NCBI GenBank assembly: GCA_965249355.1
Contig: CBDFLW010000004.1
Coordinates: forward strand, 1,645,591 to 1,709,590
Source of the DNA: Dehalococcoidia bacterium
GTDB taxonomy: Bacteria > Chloroflexota > Dehalococcoidia > Lucifugimonadales > UBA3495
DNA: 64,000 nt
Direction: 5' to 3'
Made by a program: the position numbers and the translations under genes. This document shows, one piece after another, positions 1 to 9,388 of this stretch; position 1 is the first letter of the stretch, and each line of letters opens with the position of its first letter. The notes beneath the pieces are model-generated. The model did no database searches. It was not told the origin of the DNA and was given only the letters and a program-made list of their open reading frames with translations.

Positions 1-296
1 GCCGCCTCCGCTTCATCACCGACATGCAGATCCTCGCCGAGAGCGCCGATGTGCTGCTGACCCCGACCACGCCCACCCCGGCGCTGGCCGACCTGACCAA
101 CACCGGAAACACCATGTTTCAGGGCCCGTGGACGTCCTGCGGCCTGCCCACCATCACCATCCCGTCGGGCGTGGCCGCATCCGGCCTGCCCATGGGCCTG
201 CAGATCATCGCTGCGCCGTTCCGCGAGGAGCGCCTGCTGGCCGCGGCTCGCTGGTGTGAGCGCGTCATCGACGTTCACCTCGCCCCGCCGGTTTAA
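1..296 (+). CDS. amidase (amidase-signature family), C-terminal part; 5' end outside window
   Basis: Frame is open from the window edge to TAA 294-296. The C-terminus ...VLLTPTTPTPA..FQGPWTSCGLPTITIPSG..LPMGLQIIAAPFREERLLAAARWCE parallels the C-terminus of the complete amidase at 7483-8844. Confidence 0.8.
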   Translation, partial: RLRFITDMQILAESADVLLTPTTPTPALADLTNTGNTMFQGPWTSCGLPTITIPSGVAASGLPMGLQIIAAPFREERLLAAARWCERVIDVHLAPPV

Positions 297-431
297 TGGG
301 ATCTTCGGAGTTCTCTACACTTCCAGGAGTGGGTTGGGGTGAGGGCGGAAATAGAAAACGGGACTTTCCGCGCTAACCGCAAAACGGCTTTAGACCAAGC
401 AATCTTATCCTGTGGATATCGAGGGCCAGCC

Positions 432-1172
432 ATGACGATCAAACGCACAGCGCCGCCGCCATCCTATGGCCCGGCGGAACAATTCCCAGAACGGCCCCCC
501 AGGAACGATATGCAGAACTCCCTCTTTCTCAACCGCCCAGGGCATCCCATTGCTGTGGAGCGGCACTTGGGCTCCCTGAACACCACCCTGGTCATCAGCG
601 AGATGCCCATCGGCTGGAATCTCCGGCAGCGGCGGGGGCTGCTTTATCCCGACTTGCTCATCGCCTTCAACGTGGACCGCGATGAGGCTATCGCAAGGCG
701 AGGATTCGCTATTGGCACGCAAGGCAAGCCGCCAGACTTCGTCTTGGAAATCGCGTCTCTACACACGGCTGAAAACGACTACACCAACAAGCGGGCGCGC
801 TACGCTGTCTTCGGCGTGCCTGAGTATTGGCGCTACGATCCTACCGGTAGCGATTATTACCCAGCCCCACTGGAGGGCGATAGGCTGGTTGACGGCAAAT
901 ACCAGCCGATAGACATCTCGGCGGTGGACGATAACAGCCACCGGGGCCACAGCGAAGTCCTGAACTTGACCTTGTGCTGGGAGCACGGACAACTGCGCTG
1001 GTGGGATCCGGTGGAAGAGCGTTACCTCCGCACCCACGAAGACGAAGCAGAAGAGCGGATCGCCACTGAGTCCCGGCTTTCTGCCGCAGAGGCTCAGCGC
1101 ATCGCCGAGCGCCAGGCCGCAGAGGCCCGCATCCGCCAATTGGAGGAGGAACTCCGCCGCCGCTCTCCATAA
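432..1172 (+). CDS. Uma2-family (DUF820) putative restriction-type endonuclease with C-terminal coiled-coil tail
   Basis: Motifs YPDLLIAFNVDRD, PDFVLEIAS, DYTNKRARYAVFGVPEYWRYDP are typical of the Uma2 PD-(D/E)xK fold. ATG at 432 is preferred over the GTG at 339. The tail AEAQRIAERQAAEARIRQLEEELRRR looks helical. Confidence 0.7.
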   Translation: MTIKRTAPPPSYGPAEQFPERPPRNDMQNSLFLNRPGHPIAVERHLGSLNTTLVISEMPIGWNLRQRRGLLYPDLLIAFNVDRDEAIARRGFAIGTQGKPPDFVLEIASLHTAENDYTNKRARYAVFGVPEYWRYDPTGSDYYPAPLEGDRLVDGKYQPIDISAVDDNSHRGHSEVLNLTLCWEHGQLRWWDPVEERYLRTHEDEAEERIATESRLSAAEAQRIAERQAAEARIRQLEEELRRRSP

Positions 1173-1253
1173 GCCAGGCAACGGGTCGAGTTGTCTGCCG
1201 GAATGACAACACGCCGCCGTGTGACCATAACCAGACTACAAGGAGCAGATGCG

Positions 1254-2204
1254 ATGCCGCAAGCCAACATCCCGTCCGAAGAGGAAGTTCTCAGCTATTT
1301 CGACAAGTTCTCCAACTGGGGCCGCTGGGGCGATGACGACGAATTGGGCGCTCCCAACCTGATCACGCCAGATAAGGTGAAACAGGCCATCGCCACCGTG
1401 CAGGAGGGCGTCCGCATCTCCATGGCCCGCACCATCAGCTTCGAAGCCAGTGCCGACGCTCCCATCCCGCCCGTGCATTTCATGGTGGAGAGCGGCGAGG
1501 GCTGGGCCAGCGGGCAGAAGGTCAGCAACCGCGCCTTCCCTGCCGCCACCGATTACTTCGGCATGATATTCCACGGCTACACCGTCACCCACGTCGACAG
1601 CCTTGCCCACTTTTTCTGGAACGGCAAGACCTACAACGGCAAGCCCGCACACCTGGTATCCACCAGCCTCGGCGCCACCTTCGGCTCCGTCGAGGAAGCC
1701 AAGGAGGGCATCATCACCCGCGCCGTGCTTGTCGACGTGCCCATGATCAAGGGCATCGACTGGATCGACCGCGGCGAGGGCGTGATGATCGACGACATCC
1801 TGGCCGCCGAGGAGCGCTGCGGCTTCAGGGTTGAGGAGGGAGACGTTCTACTGATCCGCACCGGCCAGCTCCACCGCCGCAACGTCGAGGGCCCGTGGAC
1901 CCGCGAGGCCGGTTCCGCCGCCTGCCAAGCGTCCTGCCTGCCCCTGTTCTACGAGCGCGGCATCGCCATGCTGGGAACCGACACCGGCAACGATGTGAGC
2001 CCGCCCCAGTACGATCGGGTCCCCAGTCCCATCCACCAAGTGGGCATCACGGCCATGGGCATCTGGATCCTCGACAACGCCAACCTCGAGGAGGTGGCCG
2101 TCGCCTGCCGGGAGCGCAACCGCTGGGAGTTCATGATCTCCATCGGCCCGCTGCGCCTGCATAACACCACCGGTTCCCCGGTCAACCCCATCGCCATTTT
2201 CTAG
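1254..2204 (+). CDS. cyclase-family protein (kynurenine formamidase-like fold)
   Basis: FHGYTVTHVDSLAHF resembles the HxGTHxDxPxH cyclase motif. AAGGAG lies 8 nt upstream of ATG 1254. Confidence 0.7.
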   Translation: MPQANIPSEEEVLSYFDKFSNWGRWGDDDELGAPNLITPDKVKQAIATVQEGVRISMARTISFEASADAPIPPVHFMVESGEGWASGQKVSNRAFPAATDYFGMIFHGYTVTHVDSLAHFFWNGKTYNGKPAHLVSTSLGATFGSVEEAKEGIITRAVLVDVPMIKGIDWIDRGEGVMIDDILAAEERCGFRVEEGDVLLIRTGQLHRRNVEGPWTREAGSAACQASCLPLFYERGIAMLGTDTGNDVSPPQYDRVPSPIHQVGITAMGIWILDNANLEEVAVACRERNRWEFMISIGPLRLHNTTGSPVNPIAIF

Positions 2205-2405
2205 CAACCAGCGAATCCCCTTTCCGAACGAGAGGGGATCTCACTTAGATTCCCTCGATACTCTCTCTACCTGGAGGGCGAGAACTGAGGGCGAGATTGA
2301 ATACCATCGGAGCAGCCGCTTGCCATATAGCGAGGGACCCCATCGCCCTCTCCGGGTAACAAAGTGTATCTGAGGACATTTAGATTCCGTTAAGGAGGAA
2401 CATCC

Positions 2406-3461
2406 ATGCCGCACTACGTCTACGTCGCTGCCCAGGATGACAACAAGATCGGTATCCACACCATGGACGCTGACACCGGCGCACTGACCCACCAGTCCGA
2501 CGTTGCCATGCCCGGTGGCCCCTCGTTGCTGGCCATCAGCCCGGACAGGGGCACGCTGTACGTTTCCCATCGCGAGGCGCTCGCGCTCTCCAGCCACCGC
2601 ATCGACCCTGCCACCGGCGGCCTGACCCAGACTGGTTCGGTAACCGTTGAAAGCTGGCCGGCTTACATCGCCACAGACCGCACCGGACGCCACTTGCTCG
2701 TCGCCTATTATGGTGGCGCGCGAGCCGGAGTCCACCCAATCGGCGCCGACGGCGAGTTGGGAGGCGAACCGACCGAGCTGCTGACCACGGCCGACGGCGC
2801 CCACTCCATCCTGACCGACCGCTCCAACCGGTTCGCCTACGTCCCGCACATCGCCTACATCCAGGACAACGTCCTGGAACCCCCGAAGAACATTCCGGGA
2901 CCCAACGTGATCTACCAGTTCCGTTTCGACGCCGACACCGGTCGCTTGACGCCCAATGACCCGCTGGTGCTGGAGATGAACGGCTTTTTGGGCCCCCGGC
3001 ATTACTGCTACCACCCTTCCCTGGACGTAGTCTATTTCTCCGATGAGCAAGGCAGCAGCGTAACTGCCTATAACATGGACTCGGAGGGCAGGCTGTCCGC
3101 CTTCCAGACCATTTCCACGCTCCCCGAGGGCCACACCGAGCGCAACACCTGCTCGCAGATCCAGATGACGTCCGACGGCCGCTTCCTGTTCGTTCCCAAC
3201 CGGGGCCACAACAGCATCGCCAGCTTCGCCGTCGACGGCCAGACCGGCGCCCTGACTGTCGCAGGCCGCGCCTCCACCGAGGCCGTCCCCAGCGCCTTCA
3301 GCCTCGACCCGCAGGGCAGGTTTGTGTTCGGCGCAGGCTCCGCCACCGGACGCCTCTCCTCCCACAGCATCGACGGGAACACTGGAGAGATGACACCCCT
3401 CGCCACATACGATGTGGGCGCCCGTCCCATGTGGGTGCTGACCACCACGCTGGGCGAGTAG
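2406..3461 (+). CDS. lactonase, 7-bladed beta-propeller family (6-phosphogluconolactonase / muconate lactonizing enzyme-like)
   Basis: N-terminus MPHYVYVAAQDDNKIGIHTMDADTGAL and repeated blade-like segments (RFAYVPH, DVVYFSDE, RFLFVPNRGHNSIASF, RFVFGAGSATGRLSSHSID). GGAGGA lies upstream of the ATG. Confidence 0.8.
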   Translation: MPHYVYVAAQDDNKIGIHTMDADTGALTHQSDVAMPGGPSLLAISPDRGTLYVSHREALALSSHRIDPATGGLTQTGSVTVESWPAYIATDRTGRHLLVAYYGGARAGVHPIGADGELGGEPTELLTTADGAHSILTDRSNRFAYVPHIAYIQDNVLEPPKNIPGPNVIYQFRFDADTGRLTPNDPLVLEMNGFLGPRHYCYHPSLDVVYFSDEQGSSVTAYNMDSEGRLSAFQTISTLPEGHTERNTCSQIQMTSDGRFLFVPNRGHNSIASFAVDGQTGALTVAGRASTEAVPSAFSLDPQGRFVFGAGSATGRLSSHSIDGNTGEMTPLATYDVGARPMWVLTTTLGE

Positions 3462-3823
3462 GCCGAAGCATCCCCTCAGTCGATTCCAATCAGACCAGGG
3501 CAGAAGGCGTGGAGGTTGCGGTAGCGACCTTCACGCCTGAACCCGCGCTCGACCTTGGGCTACGTCCACAAAACCGGCTGACGTCTGTTCCGTGGTCTCT
3601 GCTGTCGGCGCAAATTCATTATTCATTGAAGAGCCAGGAAGAACCGGGAGGCTCGCCCGGGCCGTGAGGATTGTGCGCCGTTATCCTCTGCGACGAATGA
3701 TACATCTGCTCCGGTTGTACCGGCACTGGCTGAGGACAGCGGACTGAGTACGAAATTCGAGACGCCTTTGCATAGGAGTCAACCAGAATAGCCATTAAAG
3801 CTACACCCGTCGGCGCAGGGGAG

Positions 3824-4978
3824 GTGAACAAAGCCTGGTTCTACGCCATGCTTGCGCTCGCCATTGCCGGCACCCAGAACTCGGTCTTCATGCTTCCCCC
3901 TCTCCTGGTGGAGATCGGATCCGATCTGGATATATCTGTGGCGATCGCCGGTCAATTGGCTACCGCGACCTTCGCGGCGTGGGCGGTCTCCCTGATCATA
4001 GCGGGGCCCCTGTCCGATTCCTTCGGACGTCGTCCGGTGATCCTTGCCGGGTTGCTCCTTCTCGTTGTTTCCGTTACCACGTCGGCATTCGCGCCCAACA
4101 TCGAGGTCTTCCTCGCGCTCAGGGTGTTGACCGGCCTGGCGGCGGGTATGCTCCCTCCCACCACTGTGGGGATTTTGTCAGACGTAATTTCCCCGCGCAG
4201 ACGGGCGCAGGCGGTAAGCGGCATCCTGACCATTGGCATACTCACTTCGGCCGTAAGCGTCCCCGTGGCCCTTGCGCTGGCGGACTTGGGAGGCTGGAGG
4301 TTTGCCTTCATCGTTGCTGGACTCCTGCTGGCATCCGGGCTTTTGGCGAATTGGCTCTGGTTCCCCAGAGACAGCAGGGAGCGAGTTCGCAACTGGGCGT
4401 TTTTCTCCAGATATTGGTCATTGGTGTCATTGCCCTTTTTCCAGACAGCTGTGGCCGTCGGAATGTCGCAGCGCATAGCCTTCTGGACGATGATAAGCTA
4501 TTTCCCGACCTATTTGAGGGATACCTACGAATTGAGCGTGGGATTCTCTGCCTTGCCGCTGGGCATGGTCGCCTTGGGGCAGGCGGCGGGAAGTTTCCTC
4601 GGGGGGCCAGCGGCGACAAAATCGTACCGCGCGCCACTCATCGGAGCCACATCAGTAGCCGGTGGCGTCTGTGCCTTCCTGTGCTTCACCGTCGAGTTCC
4701 AACTCTGGGTGGCTGCGGCAGTGGCAACGGTTGGAGGGGGTTTGCTGGCGGTGGCAATGCCTGCCTTGGTCGCCGCCAGCACAGAGTATTCCGGAGAATC
4801 CAAGTCCACCGGGGCCAGCGTCATGGGTCTGAGCAACCAAACGGGGGGTGTCCTCGGAGCCGCCATCGCCGGGGCGCTCCTGGCAAGCACTGGCTTCAAT
4901 GGAATAGGTTACCTGTGCCTGATCGTGACCATTTCGAGCGGATTGGTGGTGGCTCTCTTCGGCAGGAATTTGCGCTGA
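3824..4978 (+). CDS. MFS transporter
   Basis: About 12 hydrophobic segments. The loop motif GPLSDSFGRRPVILAG matches the MFS signature between TM2 and TM3. GTG start preceded by AGGGGAGG. Confidence 0.8.
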   Translation: MNKAWFYAMLALAIAGTQNSVFMLPPLLVEIGSDLDISVAIAGQLATATFAAWAVSLIIAGPLSDSFGRRPVILAGLLLLVVSVTTSAFAPNIEVFLALRVLTGLAAGMLPPTTVGILSDVISPRRRAQAVSGILTIGILTSAVSVPVALALADLGGWRFAFIVAGLLLASGLLANWLWFPRDSRERVRNWAFFSRYWSLVSLPFFQTAVAVGMSQRIAFWTMISYFPTYLRDTYELSVGFSALPLGMVALGQAAGSFLGGPAATKSYRAPLIGATSVAGGVCAFLCFTVEFQLWVAAAVATVGGGLLAVAMPALVAASTEYSGESKSTGASVMGLSNQTGGVLGAAIAGALLASTGFNGIGYLCLIVTISSGLVVALFGRNLR

Positions 4979-5143
4979 AATTCGGGCTGGACCGCCGCCC
5001 ATCGGTTGGAGCCATTCGCTACGGTAGTGGCGCTAGGATCCGGAGTGAGAACGCGCTGGCGTTGGCGACGAGGCCGAGGCAGTTGCTATGTTATGCTTTT
5101 GGCCCCGCAGGGGAAATACTAACAGCGAGATCAGGAGATTCCT

Positions 5144-5655
5144 ATGCCTATCGAATTCTGGGCGATGGGTCGTCCCCACGCAGGCGGACCCAATTCCCAG
5201 GAGTTCAACGGTGTGCGGCAGGCGGTCCGCGCCGAGGAAATCGGGTACGACGGCATCGTCTATGTTGATTCCCAAAACCGCTACGGGGACACCTACGTCG
5301 CAATGGCCTTGGCCGCCCAGGCCACTTCCACCATCAAGCTCGGCACCGGCGTCACCAACTCCTTTACCCGCCACCCTGCCGTCACGGCGTCGGCCATAGC
5401 CACGGTGCAGGTGGAAAGCGGGGGTCGGGCATACCTGGGCATCGGCAGGGGGGACTCGGCCTTGGCCCATCTGGGCCGTGCGCCCGACCCGGTCTCCAAG
5501 TTCGAAAACTACCTCGAGAGGCTTCAGGGATACCTCCGAGGTGAGGATGTCCCCTTCGAGGCCGAAGGAGACATCAGCTCTATTGGCGTTGCGGACTACC
5601 GGGAATCCAGCCTCATATTCTGGATAGACGAGGCCCGGCCACCCAAGGTGCCCGT
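5144..5655 (+). pseudogene. N-terminal fragment (~170 codons) of an LLM-class flavin-dependent oxidoreductase
   Basis: EEIGYDGIVYVDSQNRYGDTYVAMALAAQATSTIKLGTGVTNSFTRHPAVTASAIATVQVESGGRAYLGIGRGDS is the typical LLM N-terminal half. The family resemblance stops near 5655 and the frame then reads through unrelated sequence. Confidence 0.65.
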
Positions 5656-5853
5656 GGACGTTTCGCTACGGAGGCCGTGCCCAGCGCGTTCAGCCTGGAT
5701 CCGCAGGACAGGTTCGTCTTCGGCGCCGGCTCCGCCACGGGCCGCCTGGCCTCTTACAGCATCAATGGCGACACCGGCGAAATGACGCCGCTCGCCACCT
5801 ACGACGTGGGGGAGCGCCCCATGTGGGTGCTGACGACGCCGCTGGGGGAGTAG
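5656..5853 (+). pseudogene. C-terminal fragment of a second lactonase paralog, in a different frame from the LLM fragment
   Basis: Frame-1 translation GRFATEAVPSAFSLDPQDRFVFGAGSATGRLASYSINGDTGEMTPLATYDVGERPMWVLTTPLGE* matches the last ~65 residues of the lactonase at 2406-3461. The DNA is also visibly similar to about 3264-3461. Confidence 0.75.
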
Positions 5854-6064
5854 CCGGGGTGCGAAGCCCTGGCAGGCCATAACTTCCGGGGCTGCGTATC
5901 TCGATGGTTACGCCAGTTGCCTTGAGCAGGGTCTTGCTGAGGACGCAGCCGACCCAGGCGCAATAGCCGCCGATCCGGGCCTTCTCTAACTGCTTGGCGA
6001 AACGGGCGGCGGCAAGTCCAGCGGAGCCGCCGCCGATGGCTGTCAGGCCATAATCGAGGGTCAT
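5762..6064 (-). pseudogene. N-terminal fragment of a pyridine nucleotide-disulfide (FAD) oxidoreductase
   Basis: DYGLTAIGGGSAGLAAARFAKQL..IGGYCAWVGCVLSKTLLKA carries the GxGxxG dinucleotide fold and the redox-active CxxxxC motif. Only the first ~55 residues (about 5900-6064) look genuine; the rest is Pro/Arg-rich noise. Confidence 0.55.
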
Positions 6065-6175
6065 TCGTTAGACGCCGAGAGCGCCGGACTTTTCCAAAAA
6101 ATAACCTCTGGGCCGAAGTGCCCTCTGCGGCGAATAAAGCGAAATCCGAGTGGGTCAGATGCGCAACCGGACGGA

Positions 6176-7490
6176 TTATTTGTTCAGGGGCAGCTTGGGA
6201 AACCCTGCGGCCCGGTGGGCTTCGAACAGCTCGTAGAATTCATCCACCGTCATGCCGAAGGCGCCGTGGAAGGCCTCCTGCCAGGTGGTCCCAGGTTGCA
6301 ACAGAGTGAAGTAGCGGAACAGGGCCTCTTCCCCTGCGTGAGAAGCCAAAAGCTCCGCCGCCCACTTGCCGAACCAGTCGCCTCCCCGGACCGCCCAAGT
6401 TTGCTCTCGAGTTTCCAGTCGCTCCAATGGAGGGTACTCACCTGTGGGGGGATGGCGAACATCGTCGTATGAGTGGACGCCGCCTCGGGCCAGGGCCAAA
6501 TCGGCGTGAAGGTAAGCGATTCCCTCTACAAGCCAGATCGGGCCGTACGACTGCACTTCGTGCGTCCCGCCCGACATGTCGAACCCACTGATAGCTGACC
6601 CTAGTATGTGGCTAATTTCGTGGGCGGCTATGTCCATCAAACCATCGAGGAAGGAAGTCGTAAGAAAGACGTTGTTGTACCACACCTCGGCGACCTTTCC
6701 GTCCGACCAGTCTCTGTCGCGCTCCGCATCCCCGCCTGTGACTGCTTCCCATGCAGGTACCAATCCCTCTACGTCGTAATAGAGATAAAACGCGATTTCC
6801 TTGTCAATTTGGGGAAGCCCGACCGATATGGCGTATTCGTGCATCAGCCGGGCCCCTTTTATCATATCCTCGATGGTCTCCGGTTTGACATCAGGCCCAA
6901 TTCGCCATTTCACATAAGTGGGAGAACCCGACATCGAGGAAAGCGCGAAGGGGGGAATTGGCGTTACGGTAGGCGTGGGCGTGGAAGAAGGCAGCGGAGT
7001 AGGCGTGGGCGTGGGAGCCGGTGTGGGAGAAGGCAGCGGTGTGGGAGAGGGCAGCGGAGTAGGCGTGGGCGTGCCGGTGTGGGAGAAGGAGCGGTGTGGG
7101 AGAGGGCAGCGGAGTAGGCGTGGGCGTGGGAGCCGGTGTGGGAGAAGGCAGCGGTGTGGGAGAGGGCAGCGGAGTAGGCGTGGGCGTGGGAGCCGGTGTG
7201 GGAGAAGGCAGCGGTGTCGGAGAGGGCAGCGGCGTGGGAGAAGGCAGCGGCGTGGGAGAGGGCAGCGGCGTGGGGGAAGGCAGCGGCGTGGGGGAAGGCA
7301 GCGGAGTAGGGTAGTTCGGGGTTGGGGCCAGCGTCTCGAGAGGCGCTGTTGTTGACAGGCTTGAAGTGGGCGGACCAGTCTCTGATCCGCAGGCGATCAT
7401 CGTCGTAAGCACCGCCGCAATGGTGAACACCAACACCAGCAAGGATAGACACTCTGATTCCTGCGCATACTGATTTGACTTCCTAAACAT
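6176..7490 (-). pseudogene. secreted lipoprotein with Pro/Thr-rich linker and gluzincin-like HExxH domain; reading frame broken inside the repeat
   Basis: Signal/lipobox ...[10 protein letters not shown] (ORF 6891-7490), then PTPLPS repeats. The C-terminal domain (ORF 6176-6934) has AAHEISHIL...WLVEGIAYL (HExxH plus downstream E). The frame of 6176-6934 stays PT-rich upstream to about 7090. One 60-bp repeat unit is only 55 bp (7056-7110). Confidence 0.7.
6996..7302. repeat. coding tandem repeat: 4 units of 60 bp (one shortened to 55 bp) followed by 4 units of 18 bp
   Basis: Units start at 6996, 7056, 7111 and 7171 (GGAGTAGGCGTGGGCGTGGGAGCCGGTGTGGGAGAAGGCAGCGGTGTGGGAGAGGGCAGC). 18-mers GGCGTGGGAGAAGGCAGC run 7231-7302. 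Confidence 0.9.
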
Positions 7491-8844
7491 ATTTGGGTGG
7501 CCCCTGGTTCAGGCCCGCCACCCGCTCGCACCACTGCGACGCTCCCAGCACCCTGCCCTCCTCGGCCCATGGGCCGCCGAACTGCACAGCCATTGGCATG
7601 CCCAGCTCACTCAGACCCGTCGGCACCACCACTGTAGGCAAACCGGCGGCGGTCCACGGCACCTGGAACGCTGCGTCCCCGGTGGTGTTGAGGTCCCTGG
7701 GTGCGGGCGCGGGCGTGGCGGGCGTCATCACCACGTCGACCTTGGAGGCCATCTCGTTCAGGTCGGCGCGGAACTGGCGCCGCAACCGCTGAGCCTTCAG
7801 ATAGGTCGCCGGTGGGATGATCATGCCCATCTCGATGCCGGCCCTGATGCGCGGCCCGTAGTCGGCGGCCCGGATTCGGTGGTTGGCCTCGTGGAATCCG
7901 GCGCAATCCACGTTCATCACGATTCGCTGAAAGCTGTGCACCTTGGCGAAGCTGTCGGGCAGCGGTATCTCCTCCACGTCGGCTCCAGCCTCGGCCAGCA
8001 GATTGGCCACCGCCTCGGTGTGGGCCCAGATCTCCGGCGTGCAGTAGTCCTGGTAGTACTGCCGCACCAGCCCGATGCGCGGCGGCCGGTCGTGTTCGGC
8101 CATCAGTGCGCTGAAGTCCGGGACGGAATGGCGCAGCGATCCGGGATCGTTGTCGTCCTCTCCGCTCAGCACCGTCAGCATTAGCGCGGCGTCGGCCAGC
8201 GTGCGCGTCAGGATGCCCACGTGGTCCAGCGACCAACTCACCGGCACCACGCCGTATCGGCTGATGCGCCCATAGGTGGGCTTGAGGCCCACGATGCCGT
8301 TGTACGCCGCCGGCCGGCACGTGGAGCCGCCGGTCTGCGACCCCAGCGCTGCCGGGACCATCCGGGCGGCCACCGCCGCCGATGACCCGCTGCTGGAGCC
8401 TCCCGGAGTGTGATCCAGGTTCCATGGATTGTGCGTCGGCGATGGATCGGACGTCGCGAACTCGGTGGTGACTGCCTTCCCGAGTATGATGCCGCCCGCG
8501 GCCTTGATGTTCGCCACCGACGTCGCGTCGAAGTCGGGCACGAAGTCGGCGTAGACCCGCGAGCCGCAGGCAGTGAGCATCCCGGCGGTGTAGAAAATGT
8601 CCTTCAGCCCCACCGGCACACCGTGTATGGGGCCCAGACTCTCGCCACGCCCGGCCTCTTGCTCCCGCTGGCGCGCCGCGGCCAGCACCGCCTCTCGGTC
8701 GATGGTCACCCAAGCCTGCAGGTCGCCGTCCACCGCCTCTATCCTCGCCAGCAGCGACTCCGCCAGCGCCACTGGCGACAGGCTGCCCTCCCGGATCCGC
8801 GCCGCCGCTTCAACAACGGAAAGCTCATAGGGTTCAGGCATCAT
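7483..8844 (-). CDS. amidase (amidase-signature family, GatA-like)
   Basis: Signature [13 protein letters not shown], plus GLKDIF and [13 protein letters not shown]. Full length, 453 aa. Confidence 0.9.
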   Translation of the reverse strand: MMPEPYELSVVEAAARIREGSLSPVALAESLLARIEAVDGDLQAWVTIDREAVLAAARQREQEAGRGESLGPIHGVPVGLKDIFYTAGMLTACGSRVYADFVPDFDATSVANIKAAGGIILGKAVTTEFATSDPSPTHNPWNLDHTPGGSSSGSSAAVAARMVPAALGSQTGGSTCRPAAYNGIVGLKPTYGRISRYGVVPVSWSLDHVGILTRTLADAALMLTVLSGEDDNDPGSLRHSVPDFSALMAEHDRPPRIGLVRQYYQDYCTPEIWAHTEAVANLLAEAGADVEEIPLPDSFAKVHSFQRIVMNVDCAGFHEANHRIRAADYGPRIRAGIEMGMIIPPATYLKAQRLRRQFRADLNEMASKVDVVMTPATPAPAPRDLNTTGDAAFQVPWTAAGLPTVVVPTGLSELGMPMAVQFGGPWAEEGRVLGASQWCERVAGLNQGPPKYV

Positions 8845-8884
8845 TCAACCTCAAATTACTACTTGGACTAGGATCTCAGGATGC

Positions 8885-8921
8885 TCCCTCTCCCTCCGGG
8901 AGAAGGTCAGGGTAGGGGCGT
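8885..8921. repeat. REP-like family A element
   Basis: TCCCTCTCCCTCCGGGAGAAGGTCAGGGTAGGGGCGT. Confidence 0.8.
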
Positions 8922-9058
8922 ATTCTCGCTCGACGAGATTCCAAAACCAGCCCGCATTCCGCTGAACCCTCACGGTATTGGCGGAACTATTGAATTCCGG
9001 CAGGCACTGGTGTCGGCCTTGCAATGCCGGCGCGCTTCGTGGCCTCATTCGCGCCGCG

Positions 9059-9238
9059 TCAACCATGTACCAGCGGTTCCAGGTCGGGATGGACGCCCGC
9101 GCTCTCCACGTCCGTCACCTGCTGGGCGGCCGTGCGCAGATACTCCTCCAGTTCTACCGCCCGCTCCTCACCGAACTCCGCGACGGCCCGGCGGCGGAGC
9201 TCTTGGTATGCATCTTCCTGATCAAGACTCGGCCGCAT
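9059..9238 (-). CDS. 59-codon ORF, GatC/AtzG-like small partner of the downstream amidase (below the ORF-track cutoff)
   Basis: Hand translation: MRPSLDQEDAYQELRRRAVAEFGEERAVELEEYLRTAAQQVTDVESAGVHPDLEPLVHG*. The tail DVESAGVHPDLEPLVH resembles the GatC motif (EVDTxGVEPxxH). Same strand as the amidase and 214 bp upstream of it; a REP element fills the spacer. Confidence 0.45.
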   Translation of the reverse strand: MRPSLDQEDAYQELRRRAVAEFGEERAVELEEYLRTAAQQVTDVESAGVHPDLEPLVHG

Positions 9239-9388
9239 AATAACTCCGTTCCACGCAGGGCGTGTTTGCCATAGGGGTTGCAGTCAACATAATCGCATTC
9301 TAAATCCGGCACGGAAAGAGGTCAATCGTGGCCAGCTGGCGAGCGGTTGAGAGTGAAGGCTTTCGTCGGGGGCGAATCCCACGACACC

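Noticed and set aside
2207-2240. Hairpin ATCCCCT..AGGGGAT after the cyclase gene as a terminator
   Set aside because: The stem is short and there is no following T-run. It is not strong enough to call.
2241-3365. 374-aa minus-strand ORF, plus similar long antisense ORFs at 11241-12278, 20270-21325, 25505-26677, 27866-28672, 38095-39021, 41095-42000, 44413-45327 and 59658-60449
   Set aside because: Each overlaps a family-assignable gene on the other strand and has Gly/Ala/Arg/Pro-dominated low-information sequence. These are GC-driven open frames, not genes.
6965-7320. Regular short repeats that could be mistaken for a CRISPR array
   Set aside because: There are no unique spacers. The units are contiguous 60- and 18-bp tandem repeats that translate to a PTPLPS linker inside a lipoprotein gene.
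8978-9274. 98-aa plus-strand ORF (and 9024-9221) in the amidase upstream region
   Set aside because: The composition is Arg/Pro/Ser-rich and non-protein-like. The opposite strand carries a cleaner 59-codon ORF with a GatC-like tail in the same orientation as the amidase.
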